A DNA stretch of 64,000 nt from an uncultured Candidatus Saccharibacteria bacterium (GCA_964437185.1 CAYTFU010000001.1:26304-90303), one strand, 5' to 3'. Counted from the first letter of the stretch, positions 27,601-35,397 are shown. Notes: generated by a model not told the origin, from the letters alone. Numbers and translations: made by a program.

Positions 27601-28170
27601 GGAGGCGAATATCACGAGGTTGTTGGCAGCGGGGCGAGGGTCGAAGGTGCTCTGTGAAGCGAGGAGTGCGCCCTGCCAGTTGGTGCTCCCTGATCCGTCG
27701 ATGGATGAAATGGTCGAATTTACCGATGTGAGATTGTTTCCATTGGGAAAGAACTGAGAACGCACGACCGCGAGATTGTCAAAGCTAACGACCGAAAACA
27801 GCGTGGGGGTTTCTGGGAGGAGTGCGCTTACAAATGATTGCAGAGCAGTCTTCATCTGAGAGAGTTCCGTGTTATCGATTGATCCCGAGACGTCCATCAC
27901 GAGCGAGACGTCGAGACCACAGGTGCCATCGACAGGGAGGCTGCACTGTCCGGCGTAGTCTGGAGACGAAGGGCACGACGCGGGGATGATCTGGAGGCCG
28001 GAGTGCGAGGCGTCGGTAAATTTCACCTCCGAAGAAACAAATCCCTGTTGGCCTGAATAATTCGCCAGTACAGAAAGTATGCCGAGCACACAAACGAATA
28101 CGATAAGCGCGGCTCGAAATCCATCGAGGTCATACGAACGACAGAGGGCCATGAGGCGTTTTATATTCAT
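24610..28170 (-). CDS. giant surface protein paralogue (vWA, CnaB-like and CARDB-like domains), with a ~330-aa glycine-rich low-complexity region and Ig-like C-terminal domains
   Basis: 1186 aa. aa 46-509 are near-identical to the 950-aa protein. A unique middle region (aa ~690-1020) is about 50% Gly (GGGGGGEFGSDGGGGGAYSKI ... GIIVVTYSP) without G-X-Y periodicity. Its start lies 10 nt after the stop of the upstream gene 28181..28657. Confidence 0.7.
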   Translation of the reverse strand: MNIKRLMALCRSYDLDGFRAALIVFVCVLGILSVLANYSGQQGFVSSEVKFTDASHSGLQIIPASCPSSPDYAGQCSLPVDGTCGLDVSLVMDVSGSIDNTELSQMKTALQSFVSALLPETPTLFSVVSFDNLAVVRSQFFPNGNNLTSVNSTISSIDGSGSTNWQGALLASQSTFDPRPAANNLVIFASDGNPNTINNATGGYTSVSESTAVSAAVTVANSIKSSGTRILAIGIGNGLDAANLQAIASPNSVFLSNFSTLATDLASIAREQCGGTITVKKIYDVDGNLGTTNDQAPASGWDFTVAGVSQTTDFLGYTEPFKVSGFGPWSVEEIQQSGHTILGASCTGATDNGTLSGSIVNGIIGGIQLNQDNIVSCVFYNTGGTLGPDLTALNTSPTSATIDVATTLTAIITNAGVGSTGISFPNFFQVASAANGGGTITDLTPAVSLSSLRGGTSNTISLPHTFTAGGTYSTRACADKSSSTDAGIINEGANEGNNCSEWVNVNVPFPPPSCSVNLSPDSVVGSQSSTLTWSSTNATAMSISGVGAVSLSGSTSVVPGVSTTYIGSVSGPGGDSTCTVTLNVLSCSISFDSNPINPTQTTNLNYTSSGASSFTIANHGNVSVASPGSVAVSPVSTTDYTGTVEAAASGAQKVIFLTDTTATSWIAPADFFPPWKIEVIGGGGGGEFGSDGGGGGAYSKITHSDLSLSPGQTIYVKVGSGGASGIGGGDSWINKDVSAPPTSTTNGVLAKGGEAGTTGGGPGGASAQGIGSVKYSGGKGGADGGGTQRRAGGGGAAGPGGVGGVGGNGSATTDYAKGGGGGASTLAGPGNAGAAGDTDGGNGGANGSGAGAGTGATGSSVATNGTVGGGGGGGFNSGSYAAGGYGGAGTIWTQTAGGATAGPGGGSGGGGTGDGGLYGGGGGAAGTSPGTGAQGIIVVTYSPSLPLSTSCPAILTVNPPSGTFTLTPSTISQGGSATLSWTNIGGASWTIYASTATTGPTLFLTGSSADGSVVVTPSYSTTYTGSITGPSGIGSFSPATLDVTCAPVYSCSGNTIQYKNASCIISNVTTCVSPGFCSPGSSVCLYPPPTPTPSSTLTGNLQVFPSIVRPGVSTKLYWNMANVSSCSVTSSPDIGSWVGATNVAGGQATPAINQRTVFNLSCVGLDGSTFTGSATVSIVPTFQEAR
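26644..28035. repeat. copy B of the ~1.39 kb direct repeat (see 7002..8396)
   Basis: Same evidence as copy A. The copies are about 19.6 kb apart in direct orientation and bracket rpsJ, tuf and about 15 other genes. Confidence 0.8.
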
Positions 28171-28180
28171 GCGCGTCTCT

Positions 28181-28657
28181 TCAATTTTTAGTGACAGTCA
28201 CCGTACCTGATTTACCCGCATCAAGCTTGTTAGAAAATCCCCATGTACCGGGTAGATCAAAAGTGAATTCATAATACTCACCGGGAAACAAAGCCTCGCA
28301 GGAATCAAACGCACTTGATCCGCACCCCGTAATTGACCCTGGGTAGATGGGGCCTGCTGTGGGATCCGAGGCGACCCACAAATCGCCGGAAGACCCATTG
28401 TAAAATCGCACATTGTCACCCTTTTTTATCGTAAACGTGCGCGGATCAAACCCCCCATCCGAATACGAAATAAGCATTTGAAATCCTTTTGGATTTTGCG
28501 ATGCGGTCGCCTCTTCAGGAGTCATTGAACGCCGTACGGCTGGCTTATCTGCCGTGACCGACGTACGTGACATAGCAAAAAACGCTGCGACCGCCGAAAG
28601 CACGAAAAGTGCGGCGACCGCAAGGACGAGCCAGAGGATTGGTTTCCCAATATTCAC
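28181..28657 (-). CDS. small membrane-anchored exported protein, co-transcribed upstream of the 1186-aa adhesin gene
   Basis: N-terminal TM/signal (ILWLVLAVAALFVLSAVAAFFA). The beta-rich domain (TFTIKKGDNVRFYNGSSGDLWVASDP ... TVTVTK) is cupredoxin/Ig-like in pattern but lacks clear metal ligands. Confidence 0.4.
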   Translation of the reverse strand: MNIGKPILWLVLAVAALFVLSAVAAFFAMSRTSVTADKPAVRRSMTPEEATASQNPKGFQMLISYSDGGFDPRTFTIKKGDNVRFYNGSSGDLWVASDPTAGPIYPGSITGCGSSAFDSCEALFPGEYYEFTFDLPGTWGFSNKLDAGKSGTVTVTKN

Positions 28658-28741
28658 ACATTCAGTATACGCTGTATATATTCACACTCGTGCCCTATCC
28701 ACAGTCAGTTCTTCTACCAACCCATATGGTACTCTTTCGAC

Positions 28742-29272
28742 ATGAACGAAGGAGGCAAAAAAACAACGAACAATATCATTGACCTGAATGACGCGCGCCG
28801 AAACCGCGGACTCCCCCCCCTTCTCAAGGTGGCTGTGGCGAACGAAGCGCCACTACCACCTGATCCAATTGAACATCTCCTCAACGGAGATTTTGTTGCA
28901 GCACGCGAACAGATTGAGCGCGGGGCACAAGGTCACGAAAACTCATTATTCAACTATTACTTCGGCCTTTGGCACGATTATAAAAGATTCCAAGAAATGG
29001 ATATTGAGCTTCCGAGTATTGAGAGAGCAAACCCGCATGTCAAACTCTTTTTACAGTCAGTGCCTGGATCTCTCGAATTTTTCAATCAAATTTTTGCAAT
29101 AATGCGAGAATCGGGATACACGACTGAAGACCGCGTACGAATCGAGGCGTACTTCGGACGCATCTCGGCAGCCGAGAAAGCTCAGAATCCTTCATGGTAC
29201 GATCCTGTCTTTAACGAGCGCATGGGTAACATGCGCCTCGCGCTTCAAAATATCTTCCCTACGCAGCCTTAG
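28742..29272 (+). CDS. hypothetical protein
   Basis: 176-aa ORF with no recognisable motif; the composition looks like a real protein. Confidence 0.35.
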   Translation: MNEGGKKTTNNIIDLNDARRNRGLPPLLKVAVANEAPLPPDPIEHLLNGDFVAAREQIERGAQGHENSLFNYYFGLWHDYKRFQEMDIELPSIERANPHVKLFLQSVPGSLEFFNQIFAIMRESGYTTEDRVRIEAYFGRISAAEKAQNPSWYDPVFNERMGNMRLALQNIFPTQP

Positions 29273-29287
29273 AATCTGACCACGATT

Positions 29288-29812
29288 TCATTGCCGGTCC
29301 GCGAACGTCGTTGAAGGCTTCCGTCGCCTTTTTATATATTCAAGCGCCATATATTTTAGACTCATGTTGAGACTCTCTGCGTCGTTAGGATCGTAGCCAC
29401 GCAACTTTCGCAATATATCCATCGTACTCATTCTCGCATACGGATTTTCTTGGGGTTCAGCGACTCCACCAGCGATAGCTTTCGCAAGTGGATCGATCTG
29501 CTTTTCAAGGTACAACTCCGCGAGAGCGAGGAGTCGTGGCGCATCTTCTGGATTCGCAGAGGGAGCGACTTCCTTATTGGCCATGCCAGCAAGTGACTCA
29601 CGCACTTCGTCGGGCTGCTCCTGTAGCTTCAATCGCTCCGCCCGCACCGCCCGAAAACCTTCATCGGTATCGAGTAGGTGATGGTGCGTCGCAAGAAGGT
29701 TGCCGGCCAAATCATCCATCTGAAACTCAAGCCGCCCGACACCGCTACCTCCAACGTTTTCATGGCCGGCGAGCCGCACCGTTGGTCTCAAGTTCTCGGG
29801 ACCTTGTCTCAT
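29288..29812 (-). CDS. hypothetical protein
   Basis: 174-aa ORF with no recognisable motif. Confidence 0.3.
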   Translation of the reverse strand: MRQGPENLRPTVRLAGHENVGGSGVGRLEFQMDDLAGNLLATHHHLLDTDEGFRAVRAERLKLQEQPDEVRESLAGMANKEVAPSANPEDAPRLLALAELYLEKQIDPLAKAIAGGVAEPQENPYARMSTMDILRKLRGYDPNDAESLNMSLKYMALEYIKRRRKPSTTFADRQ

Positions 29813-29848
29813 ATCATTGACAACGACTTGTACTCAAATGGGGCGCTA

Positions 29849-30652
29849 TTAGCGTGTGAAAACAAACGTGGCGCTTGAAGCGGTAAGCGATGTGACAGCG
29901 ATGGTGAGTTGGCGCGAGTGGTCAGTGGTTACCTTGCTCCCCTTCTGAATCGTCACAACCTGCGATTGGAGGCCGCCGCTTACTTTGCCTGTAACGCGCA
30001 GCTTCGCGCCGCCCGAAACAGACATCAGCTCAATCCGATACGCACCGTTGGCGATCGTACTCTGCGCTTCGATGAGACCTTGGCGGATGTAGAGCGATTC
30101 GGTGACGGTGCTCGTCGCGAGCGAGAAGCCCTTGAGGGGATACTCCACTCCGTTGGCAATGAGCCCCTTCACACACGGACGCAACATTTGATCTTGCGTC
30201 GCGGTGTCGAGCACGCCTGTCTGCGCAAGCCCCATCTCGCGTTGATATCGTTTGAGGTTTGCTTCAGTGGTTGCATCAAACGTGCCTGTGATAGACGACG
30301 CGGGAAGGCTGTAGGTTCCCATAAAGAATTTTTGCAGTGTGGCGACACCGCCAACAAAACCCGATGCGGTATCACTATCTCCGAGTTTTGCGGTCGCGGT
30401 AAATTGCGGACAAAAGACACTGCTCGATGTGACAGGTCCTGCCGGCGCTTTCGGAGCAGCAGGCTTAGAGGATGATTTCGCGGGAGTTGGAGCAGGCGCG
30501 GGTTCGCCCGTGGCCGGTATGGTGGTGCTCGCATTTTCTCCCACATCAATGCCGACATCAGCAGGGAGTAAACGGCTAGAAGATGAAAAATACCACACTG
30601 TTAAGGCGATGCTCGCGGCAAGGGCGAGCCCGAGAATAGATTGCGTACTCAT
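29849..30652 (-). CDS. membrane-anchored protein with peptidoglycan-binding (PG_binding_1-like) domain
   Basis: N-terminal TM helix (ILGLALAASIALTVWYF), a Pro/Ala linker, then GFVGGVATLQKFFMGTYSLPASSITGTFDATTEANLKRYQREMGLAQTGVLDTATQDQM, which fits a PGBD fold. Confidence 0.5.
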   Translation of the reverse strand: MSTQSILGLALAASIALTVWYFSSSSRLLPADVGIDVGENASTTIPATGEPAPAPTPAKSSSKPAAPKAPAGPVTSSSVFCPQFTATAKLGDSDTASGFVGGVATLQKFFMGTYSLPASSITGTFDATTEANLKRYQREMGLAQTGVLDTATQDQMLRPCVKGLIANGVEYPLKGFSLATSTVTESLYIRQGLIEAQSTIANGAYRIELMSVSGGAKLRVTGKVSGGLQSQVVTIQKGSKVTTDHSRQLTIAVTSLTASSATFVFTR

Positions 30653-30666
30653 GCCGCAAGTGTAGC

Positions 30667-30726
30667 CTACTTTCGAGCGGCAATCACGGTGTCAGCCACT
30701 GCTTTGGGTACAATCGCCCCGTAGCA
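30667..30726 (-). other. diverged duplicate of the fusA 3' end (orphan fragment encoding ..YGAIVPKAVADTVIAARK*)
   Basis: The reverse-strand frame reads ICYGAIVPKAVADTVIAARK-stop. The real fusA ends FSHYAIVPKAVADTVIASRK-stop about 95 nt upstream on the same strand. Nucleotide identity is about 70% with near-identical protein. Confidence 0.7.
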
Positions 30727-30761
30727 GATGCTGCGCATCGCTACGGGGTAAACTCTGTGAC

Positions 30762-32903
30762 TTACTTACGAGAGGCGATTACAGTATCAGCCACGGCTTT
30801 TGGAACGATGGCGTAATGACTGAATTCGAGGTTGGGAACGCCCCGGCCTTCGGTGGCGGATCGGAGCTGGGTCGTAAAGCCGAAGAGTTCTGAAAGGGGC
30901 ACCTTGGCGGTAATGACGCGCGCCTGCCCGCGCTCCCCCATCGCTTCGATAGAACCACGCTTTGAATTGACCATACCTGTCACATCGCCCATGAATTTTT
31001 CTGGCACGACCACTTCGAGCTTCATGATCGGCTCAAGAATGACGGGCTTTGCTTTCGCCATTGCTTCTTGCATAGCATTGATCGCGGCGAGCTTGAAAGC
31101 GATTTCGGATGAGTCGACGTCGTGAGCAGAGCCATCGTAGAGCTCGACGGAAATGTCGACCACCGGAAATCCTGCCTGAATGCCGCGCTCCATTGCTTCG
31201 ATGAGACCCTTTTTGACCGGCTGGATGTACTCCTGCGGAATTACGCCTCCCTTGATGTTATTGATGAACTCGAAGTGATCTTCGCGTTCGACATTATTCT
31301 TGATTTTCTTCCCTTCTTCCACTGGCTCAAGTGGCTTCACGCGGATTTTTACGTGGCCGTATTGGCCGCGACCACCCGTCTGCTTGATGTGTTTGTACTC
31401 AACATCGGCAGTGCCCTGAATCGTCTCGCGATATGCGACTTGCGGCTTACCTGTCGTCGCCTGCACGCCAAATTCTCGCTTCATACGATCAACGATGATT
31501 TCGAGGTGGAGCTCGCCCATGCCGGATACGATGGTCTCCATCGTCTCGGGATCAGACTTGATGCGGAAGGTTGGGTCCTCGTCCGAGAGCTTGGAGAGTG
31601 CCATACCCATCTTCTCTTGGTCTGCCTTGGTGTTCGGCTCAATGCGCATCGAAACGACCGGCTCCGGAAAGACGATGGACTCGAGCGCGATCGGATGATC
31701 GGCGTCGCAGAGAGTGTGGCCGATTTTCACTTCTTTCATACCCACAGCAGCAGCAATCTCACCCGCGTACACTGTCTTCACGTCTTCGCGCTTGTCGGCC
31801 TGAAGGCGCACGATTCGGCCTACACGTTCTTTCTTGTTGTTGGCAGAATCGTACACAGTCTCACCCGCAGTAAAAGAACCCGAGTACACGCGGAAGAATG
31901 AGAGCTGCCCGACGAACGGATCCGTTTGGATTTTGAAAACGAGTGCCGAAAACGGCGCTTCGTCCGAAGCGGGGCGCGTATCTTCAGCCCCCGTGTCTGT
32001 GTTCGTCCCCTTGGCAGCTGGCATGTCGAGCGGCGATGGAAGATAATCGACAACAGCGTCGAGGACGAGTTGCACTCCCTTATTCTTGAGCGATGAGCCC
32101 GTAAGGACGGGGAAGATTTTGTTGGCAATAACGCCCTTGCGGAGGGTCTTCTGGAGCACCTCAACAGAAATCTCTTTACCATCGAGAAATTCGGCCATTA
32201 CTTCGTCATCGAGCTCAACAATTCGCTCTACGAGCTCTGTGTGATACTTTTTGGCTTCAGCCATCATGTTTTCGGGAATGTCGAACGAAGAGACATTTTT
32301 GCCCATCTCTCCTTCAAACTTGTATGCCTTCATGTGCAGGAGGTCGATGATTCCAGAGAATTGATCTTCGAGACCGATTGGTATCTGGAGACGCACGGCC
32401 TTCGTAGACAAACGATCGAGGATGGACGCGTAGGACTTTTCAAACGACGCACCGGTGCGATCGAGCTTGTTGATGTAGCAGATACGTGGCACGTTGGCCT
32501 CTTCAGCGTAGCGCCAGTTGGTCTCAGACTGTGGTTCGACGCCCGCAACGCCGTCAAAGACGACGACCGCGCCATCGAGCACACGCATGGAGCGCTTCAC
32601 TTCGGAGGTGAAGTCGATGTGTCCGGGGGTGTCGATAATATTGAAACGAATTTTCTGTGACGTATCAGCGCCCATGTAGGTAGGGTTCCAGAAACACGTG
32701 ATCGCCGCAGCGGTGATGGTGATGCCGCGTTCGCGCTCCTGTTCCATCCAGTCGGTCACCGTGTTGCCCTCGTGCACTTCGCCGATTTTGTGCGATTCGC
32801 CGGTGTAGTAGAGGATGCGCTCAGACGTGGTGGTCTTCCCCGCGTCGACGTGGGCCACAATCCCGAAATTGCGAACTTTCTCCAGAGGGTAATCTCGACT
32901 CAT
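30762..32903 (-). CDS. fusA: elongation factor G
   Basis: 713 aa; AHVDAGKTTTSERILYYTG, DTPGHIDF and the complete EF-G domain series. Confidence 0.95.
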   Translation of the reverse strand: MSRDYPLEKVRNFGIVAHVDAGKTTTSERILYYTGESHKIGEVHEGNTVTDWMEQERERGITITAAAITCFWNPTYMGADTSQKIRFNIIDTPGHIDFTSEVKRSMRVLDGAVVVFDGVAGVEPQSETNWRYAEEANVPRICYINKLDRTGASFEKSYASILDRLSTKAVRLQIPIGLEDQFSGIIDLLHMKAYKFEGEMGKNVSSFDIPENMMAEAKKYHTELVERIVELDDEVMAEFLDGKEISVEVLQKTLRKGVIANKIFPVLTGSSLKNKGVQLVLDAVVDYLPSPLDMPAAKGTNTDTGAEDTRPASDEAPFSALVFKIQTDPFVGQLSFFRVYSGSFTAGETVYDSANNKKERVGRIVRLQADKREDVKTVYAGEIAAAVGMKEVKIGHTLCDADHPIALESIVFPEPVVSMRIEPNTKADQEKMGMALSKLSDEDPTFRIKSDPETMETIVSGMGELHLEIIVDRMKREFGVQATTGKPQVAYRETIQGTADVEYKHIKQTGGRGQYGHVKIRVKPLEPVEEGKKIKNNVEREDHFEFINNIKGGVIPQEYIQPVKKGLIEAMERGIQAGFPVVDISVELYDGSAHDVDSSEIAFKLAAINAMQEAMAKAKPVILEPIMKLEVVVPEKFMGDVTGMVNSKRGSIEAMGERGQARVITAKVPLSELFGFTTQLRSATEGRGVPNLEFSHYAIVPKAVADTVIASRK

Positions 32904-32909
32904 AGGTGA

Positions 32910-32925
32910 CAGCTGTCAGCTTATA
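32910..32925. promoter_or_regulatory. perfect 12-nt palindrome TGACAGCTGTCA between divergent fusA and hicB starts (candidate operator)
   Basis: gtgacagctgtcagc lies 7 nt upstream of the fusA ATG and about 20 nt upstream of hicB. Its function is inferred only. Confidence 0.3.
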
Positions 32926-32943
32926 GCTTTTAGTTAATACAAA

Positions 32944-33276
32944 ATGAAAACGCCCGAAGGCGTGCTGGTAATGTACCTTGGATTTCCAGAAATGCCAAGC
33001 GGTTGCGCCAAGGAGTCAACCATATATACTGACACTATGAAGCGGCGGCAATATACAATCAAAACTCGATTCGGCGCTCACGTCTGTGTGTTTGAAAAGG
33101 ACACGAAAGGATACCTCGTGGTCGCCAAAGATATTAAGGGCGTCGTTACCTGGGGCAAGAACATCGCTCACGCGAAAGCAATGGCCAAAGAAGCACTCGA
33201 GCTGATGATCGAAACAACCGCCATCGAATCCCCGTTATCTGTTGCAGTGAAGAACAACAAATATCAGATGGCATGA
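32944..33276 (+). CDS. hicB: HicB-family antitoxin
   Basis: YTIKTRFGAHVCVFEKDTKGYLVVAKDIKGVVTWGKNIAHAKAMAKEALELMIE matches the HicB (UPF0150) fold pattern. A possible start is MKRRQY at 33036. It overlaps hicA by ATGA. Confidence 0.65.
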   Translation: MKTPEGVLVMYLGFPEMPSGCAKESTIYTDTMKRRQYTIKTRFGAHVCVFEKDTKGYLVVAKDIKGVVTWGKNIAHAKAMAKEALELMIETTAIESPLSVAVKNNKYQMA

Positions 33277-33503
33277 GTGTCATTCCGATAATCGGAGTTC
33301 GAGTAATGCTCCGTGTCCTCCAGAAATCTGGCTTTTATGTGGTGCGACAAACTGGGAGTCATTTGAGGCTCGTAAATCCGTCAATCAATAGATCCGTCAC
33401 CCTTCCCATGCACGCGGGCGACTTGTCGCGAAAGATGACTGCAGCCATCCTGAAGCAGGCCGGGATATCGACTCTTAACTTTCTTGAGTTACTCGGCAAG
33501 TAG
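33273..33503 (+). CDS. hicA: HicA-family mRNA interferase toxin
   Basis: VLQKSGFYVVRQTGSHLRLVNPSINRSVTLPMHAGDLSRKMTAAILKQAGI matches the HicA/YcfA consensus (K.GF...RQ.GSH....H...). Confidence 0.7.
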   Translation: MSVIPIIGVRVMLRVLQKSGFYVVRQTGSHLRLVNPSINRSVTLPMHAGDLSRKMTAAILKQAGISTLNFLELLGK

Positions 33504-33605
33504 GTAAAGCTAGTGTTCAGATTTTTAATGGACGCGTGGAAGACACGGCACGTATGCGCCTTTCATACCGTAACAAGAGGTACCAGCGATTAAGCAAGAC
33601 ATGAC

Positions 33606-33633
33606 CTCCCGAGGTTAAACCTCGGGAGGTACC
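33606..33633. terminator. strong hairpin (cctcccgaggtt/aa/acctcgggagg) between convergent hicA and gene 33652..34152
   Basis: A perfect 11-12 bp inverted repeat with no clear U-tract on either side; possibly a bidirectional terminator or structural element. Confidence 0.4.
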
Positions 33634-33651
33634 ACATGCGCCTTGTTGGTC

Positions 33652-34152
33652 TTACTGTAATTTTGTGATGCTCACGACTGTCTCCTCTACGCAACCGCCG
33701 GCCGGATAGCTCCCAGCTATATACTCATCGAGTACTATTCGCACTGTATCTCCATAAGAAACATCAGCATCTTTAACTTCCGAATTGCCGATACAAATTC
33801 CATTTACCACCCATTGAGGATCCGAATGCGGGAGCCGCGTGCTGCTTTTGGCTATTTCGAGCATAGGTCCACTTATTTCTCCACTAAGAAACTTTCCCTC
33901 AAGCGCCGCGTGACCCTTGAAGGTAATTTTGAAGTTTTCTTCACGCGGAAGATCTACCTTCGGTTCGAAAGGTTCGACTTTTACTACCTCAAATTCCCCC
34001 ACCAAATCCCCCACTTGAATTTTTTCGACATCGATATAAGAGAAGTATTGCGGTGAATGAGGTGGAGATTGGTTTATCCTGTTCTGAAAAACGAAGTATC
34101 CACCTACCGCAGCGAGAACAATCACGCCAGCAAAGATGATCCGCCTATTCAT
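33652..34152 (-). CDS. hypothetical membrane-anchored protein
   Basis: 166 aa with an N-terminal TM helix (IIFAGVIVLAAVGGYFVF) and a soluble domain with no known motif. It is inserted between rpsG and fusA together with hicBA. Confidence 0.4.
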   Translation of the reverse strand: MNRRIIFAGVIVLAAVGGYFVFQNRINQSPPHSPQYFSYIDVEKIQVGDLVGEFEVVKVEPFEPKVDLPREENFKITFKGHAALEGKFLSGEISGPMLEIAKSSTRLPHSDPQWVVNGICIGNSEVKDADVSYGDTVRIVLDEYIAGSYPAGGCVEETVVSITKLQ

Positions 34153-34233
34153 ACAAAAATATTACCACGCGAAGTGGGCGAAGGCTTTGTTGGCTCCCCC
34201 CTTGCTAAAGCTTCGGAGGGCAAGTCGGCCTAG

Positions 34234-34695
34234 CTACCAGGCGAAGTGCGCAAACGCTTTATTCGCTTCCGCCATTCTGTGAGTGGTTTCTTTCTTGGTC
34301 GCAGCAGCACCTTCGCCCTTGTGAGCAGCTCGGAGTTCTGCAAGAAGACTCTCATGCATTGGCTTGCCCTTCGTACCCTCAGCAGCCTCTACGATCCAGC
34401 GCATGCCGAGCGAGAGCTTGCGATTTGGATTGACCTCGCGGGGAACCTGGTAGTTGGCTCCACCGACGCGGCGAGAACGGACCTCCACAGATGGAGACGC
34501 CTTCTCAAGCGCTTCTTCGAGGAACATGACGGGGTCGCCATCTTTCTTGAGCTCTTCCATCACCTTGTACACGATCTTGCGTGCAGTGTCTTTCTTACCA
34601 CGCTCCATCACGTAGTTGATGAGCTTTGCAACCTTAAAAGATCCGTACACTTCGTCCGGCTGAGGCTGCATTCTGTTTTTTACTGGGCGGCGCAT
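34234..34695 (-). CDS. rpsG: 30S ribosomal protein S7
   Basis: 153 aa; PDEVYGSFKVAKLINYVMERGKK ... VEVRSRRVGGANYQVP, classic S7. Confidence 0.9.
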   Translation of the reverse strand: MRRPVKNRMQPQPDEVYGSFKVAKLINYVMERGKKDTARKIVYKVMEELKKDGDPVMFLEEALEKASPSVEVRSRRVGGANYQVPREVNPNRKLSLGMRWIVEAAEGTKGKPMHESLLAELRAAHKGEGAAATKKETTHRMAEANKAFAHFAW

Positions 34696-34812
34696 AGCTA
34701 AAGAAATTAGATAGTAGAGGTTAGAGATGAGAAGCGCAAGTCAAAACTACCGAAATATTCAATATTCTTATTTGTCATTCTAATTTTTGATTTCTCAATT
34801 CTCATATCGAAG

Positions 34813-35229
34813 TTACTTCGCCGCTTTTGGCTTCTTCGCACCGTAAAGTGATCGGCCGCGGCGACGCTTCTCGATTCCCGAAGTATCGAGCTTGCCACGC
34901 ACAATCGTATAGCGCACGCCGATGTCCTTCACGCGACCTCCGCGGATAAGTACTACTGAGTGCTCCTGGAGGTTGTGACCCTCTCCTGGGATGTAGGCAG
35001 TCACTTCCATGCCGTTGGTCAAGCGTACACGAGCGATTTTACGGATAGCGGAGTTTGGCTTACGAGGAGTCTTCGTGGTCACACGAGTGCACACGCCGCG
35101 CTTGAAGGGGGCAGCGTAGAAAGATGGACGATTTTTGAGCGTATTAAAACCGCGCGAAAGAGCGATGGTCTTGGTGCGCCAGGTCTTCTTGACCCGCGCT
35201 TTGCGCGTAAGCTGATTTATTGTTGACAT
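34813..35229 (-). CDS. rpsL: 30S ribosomal protein S12
   Basis: [15 protein letters not shown] ... [53 protein letters not shown]. The ORF track starts 14 codons upstream at 35271; the MSTINQ start matches the S12 consensus. Confidence 0.9.
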   Translation of the reverse strand: MSTINQLTRKARVKKTWRTKTIALSRGFNTLKNRPSFYAAPFKRGVCTRVTTKTPRKPNSAIRKIARVRLTNGMEVTAYIPGEGHNLQEHSVVLIRGGRVKDIGVRYTIVRGKLDTSGIEKRRRGRSLYGAKKPKAAK

Positions 35230-35397
35230 TGAATAGAAACTCTTACGAGCGAAGCGAGTTAGAGGCTTCATTCATCCCGTGCATAGACACGGGAGGCTCA
35301 ATTAAAAATCCCCGAAGGGAGTGCGAGGAGTATAGCCGCTAATTCGCCTATGCGCAAGACTACCTTGTAGCTAGAAATAAAAGGTACCGAAATCCCT

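Noticed and set aside
35243-35263. Short motif gagcgaagcga[ga]ttag shared by the rpsL leader (35243-35263) and the nusA leader (63485-63505)
   Set aside because: Only about 17 nt, and in opposite orientation relative to the downstream gene. It is most likely chance, though it could be a small repeat family and is worth a genome-wide count.
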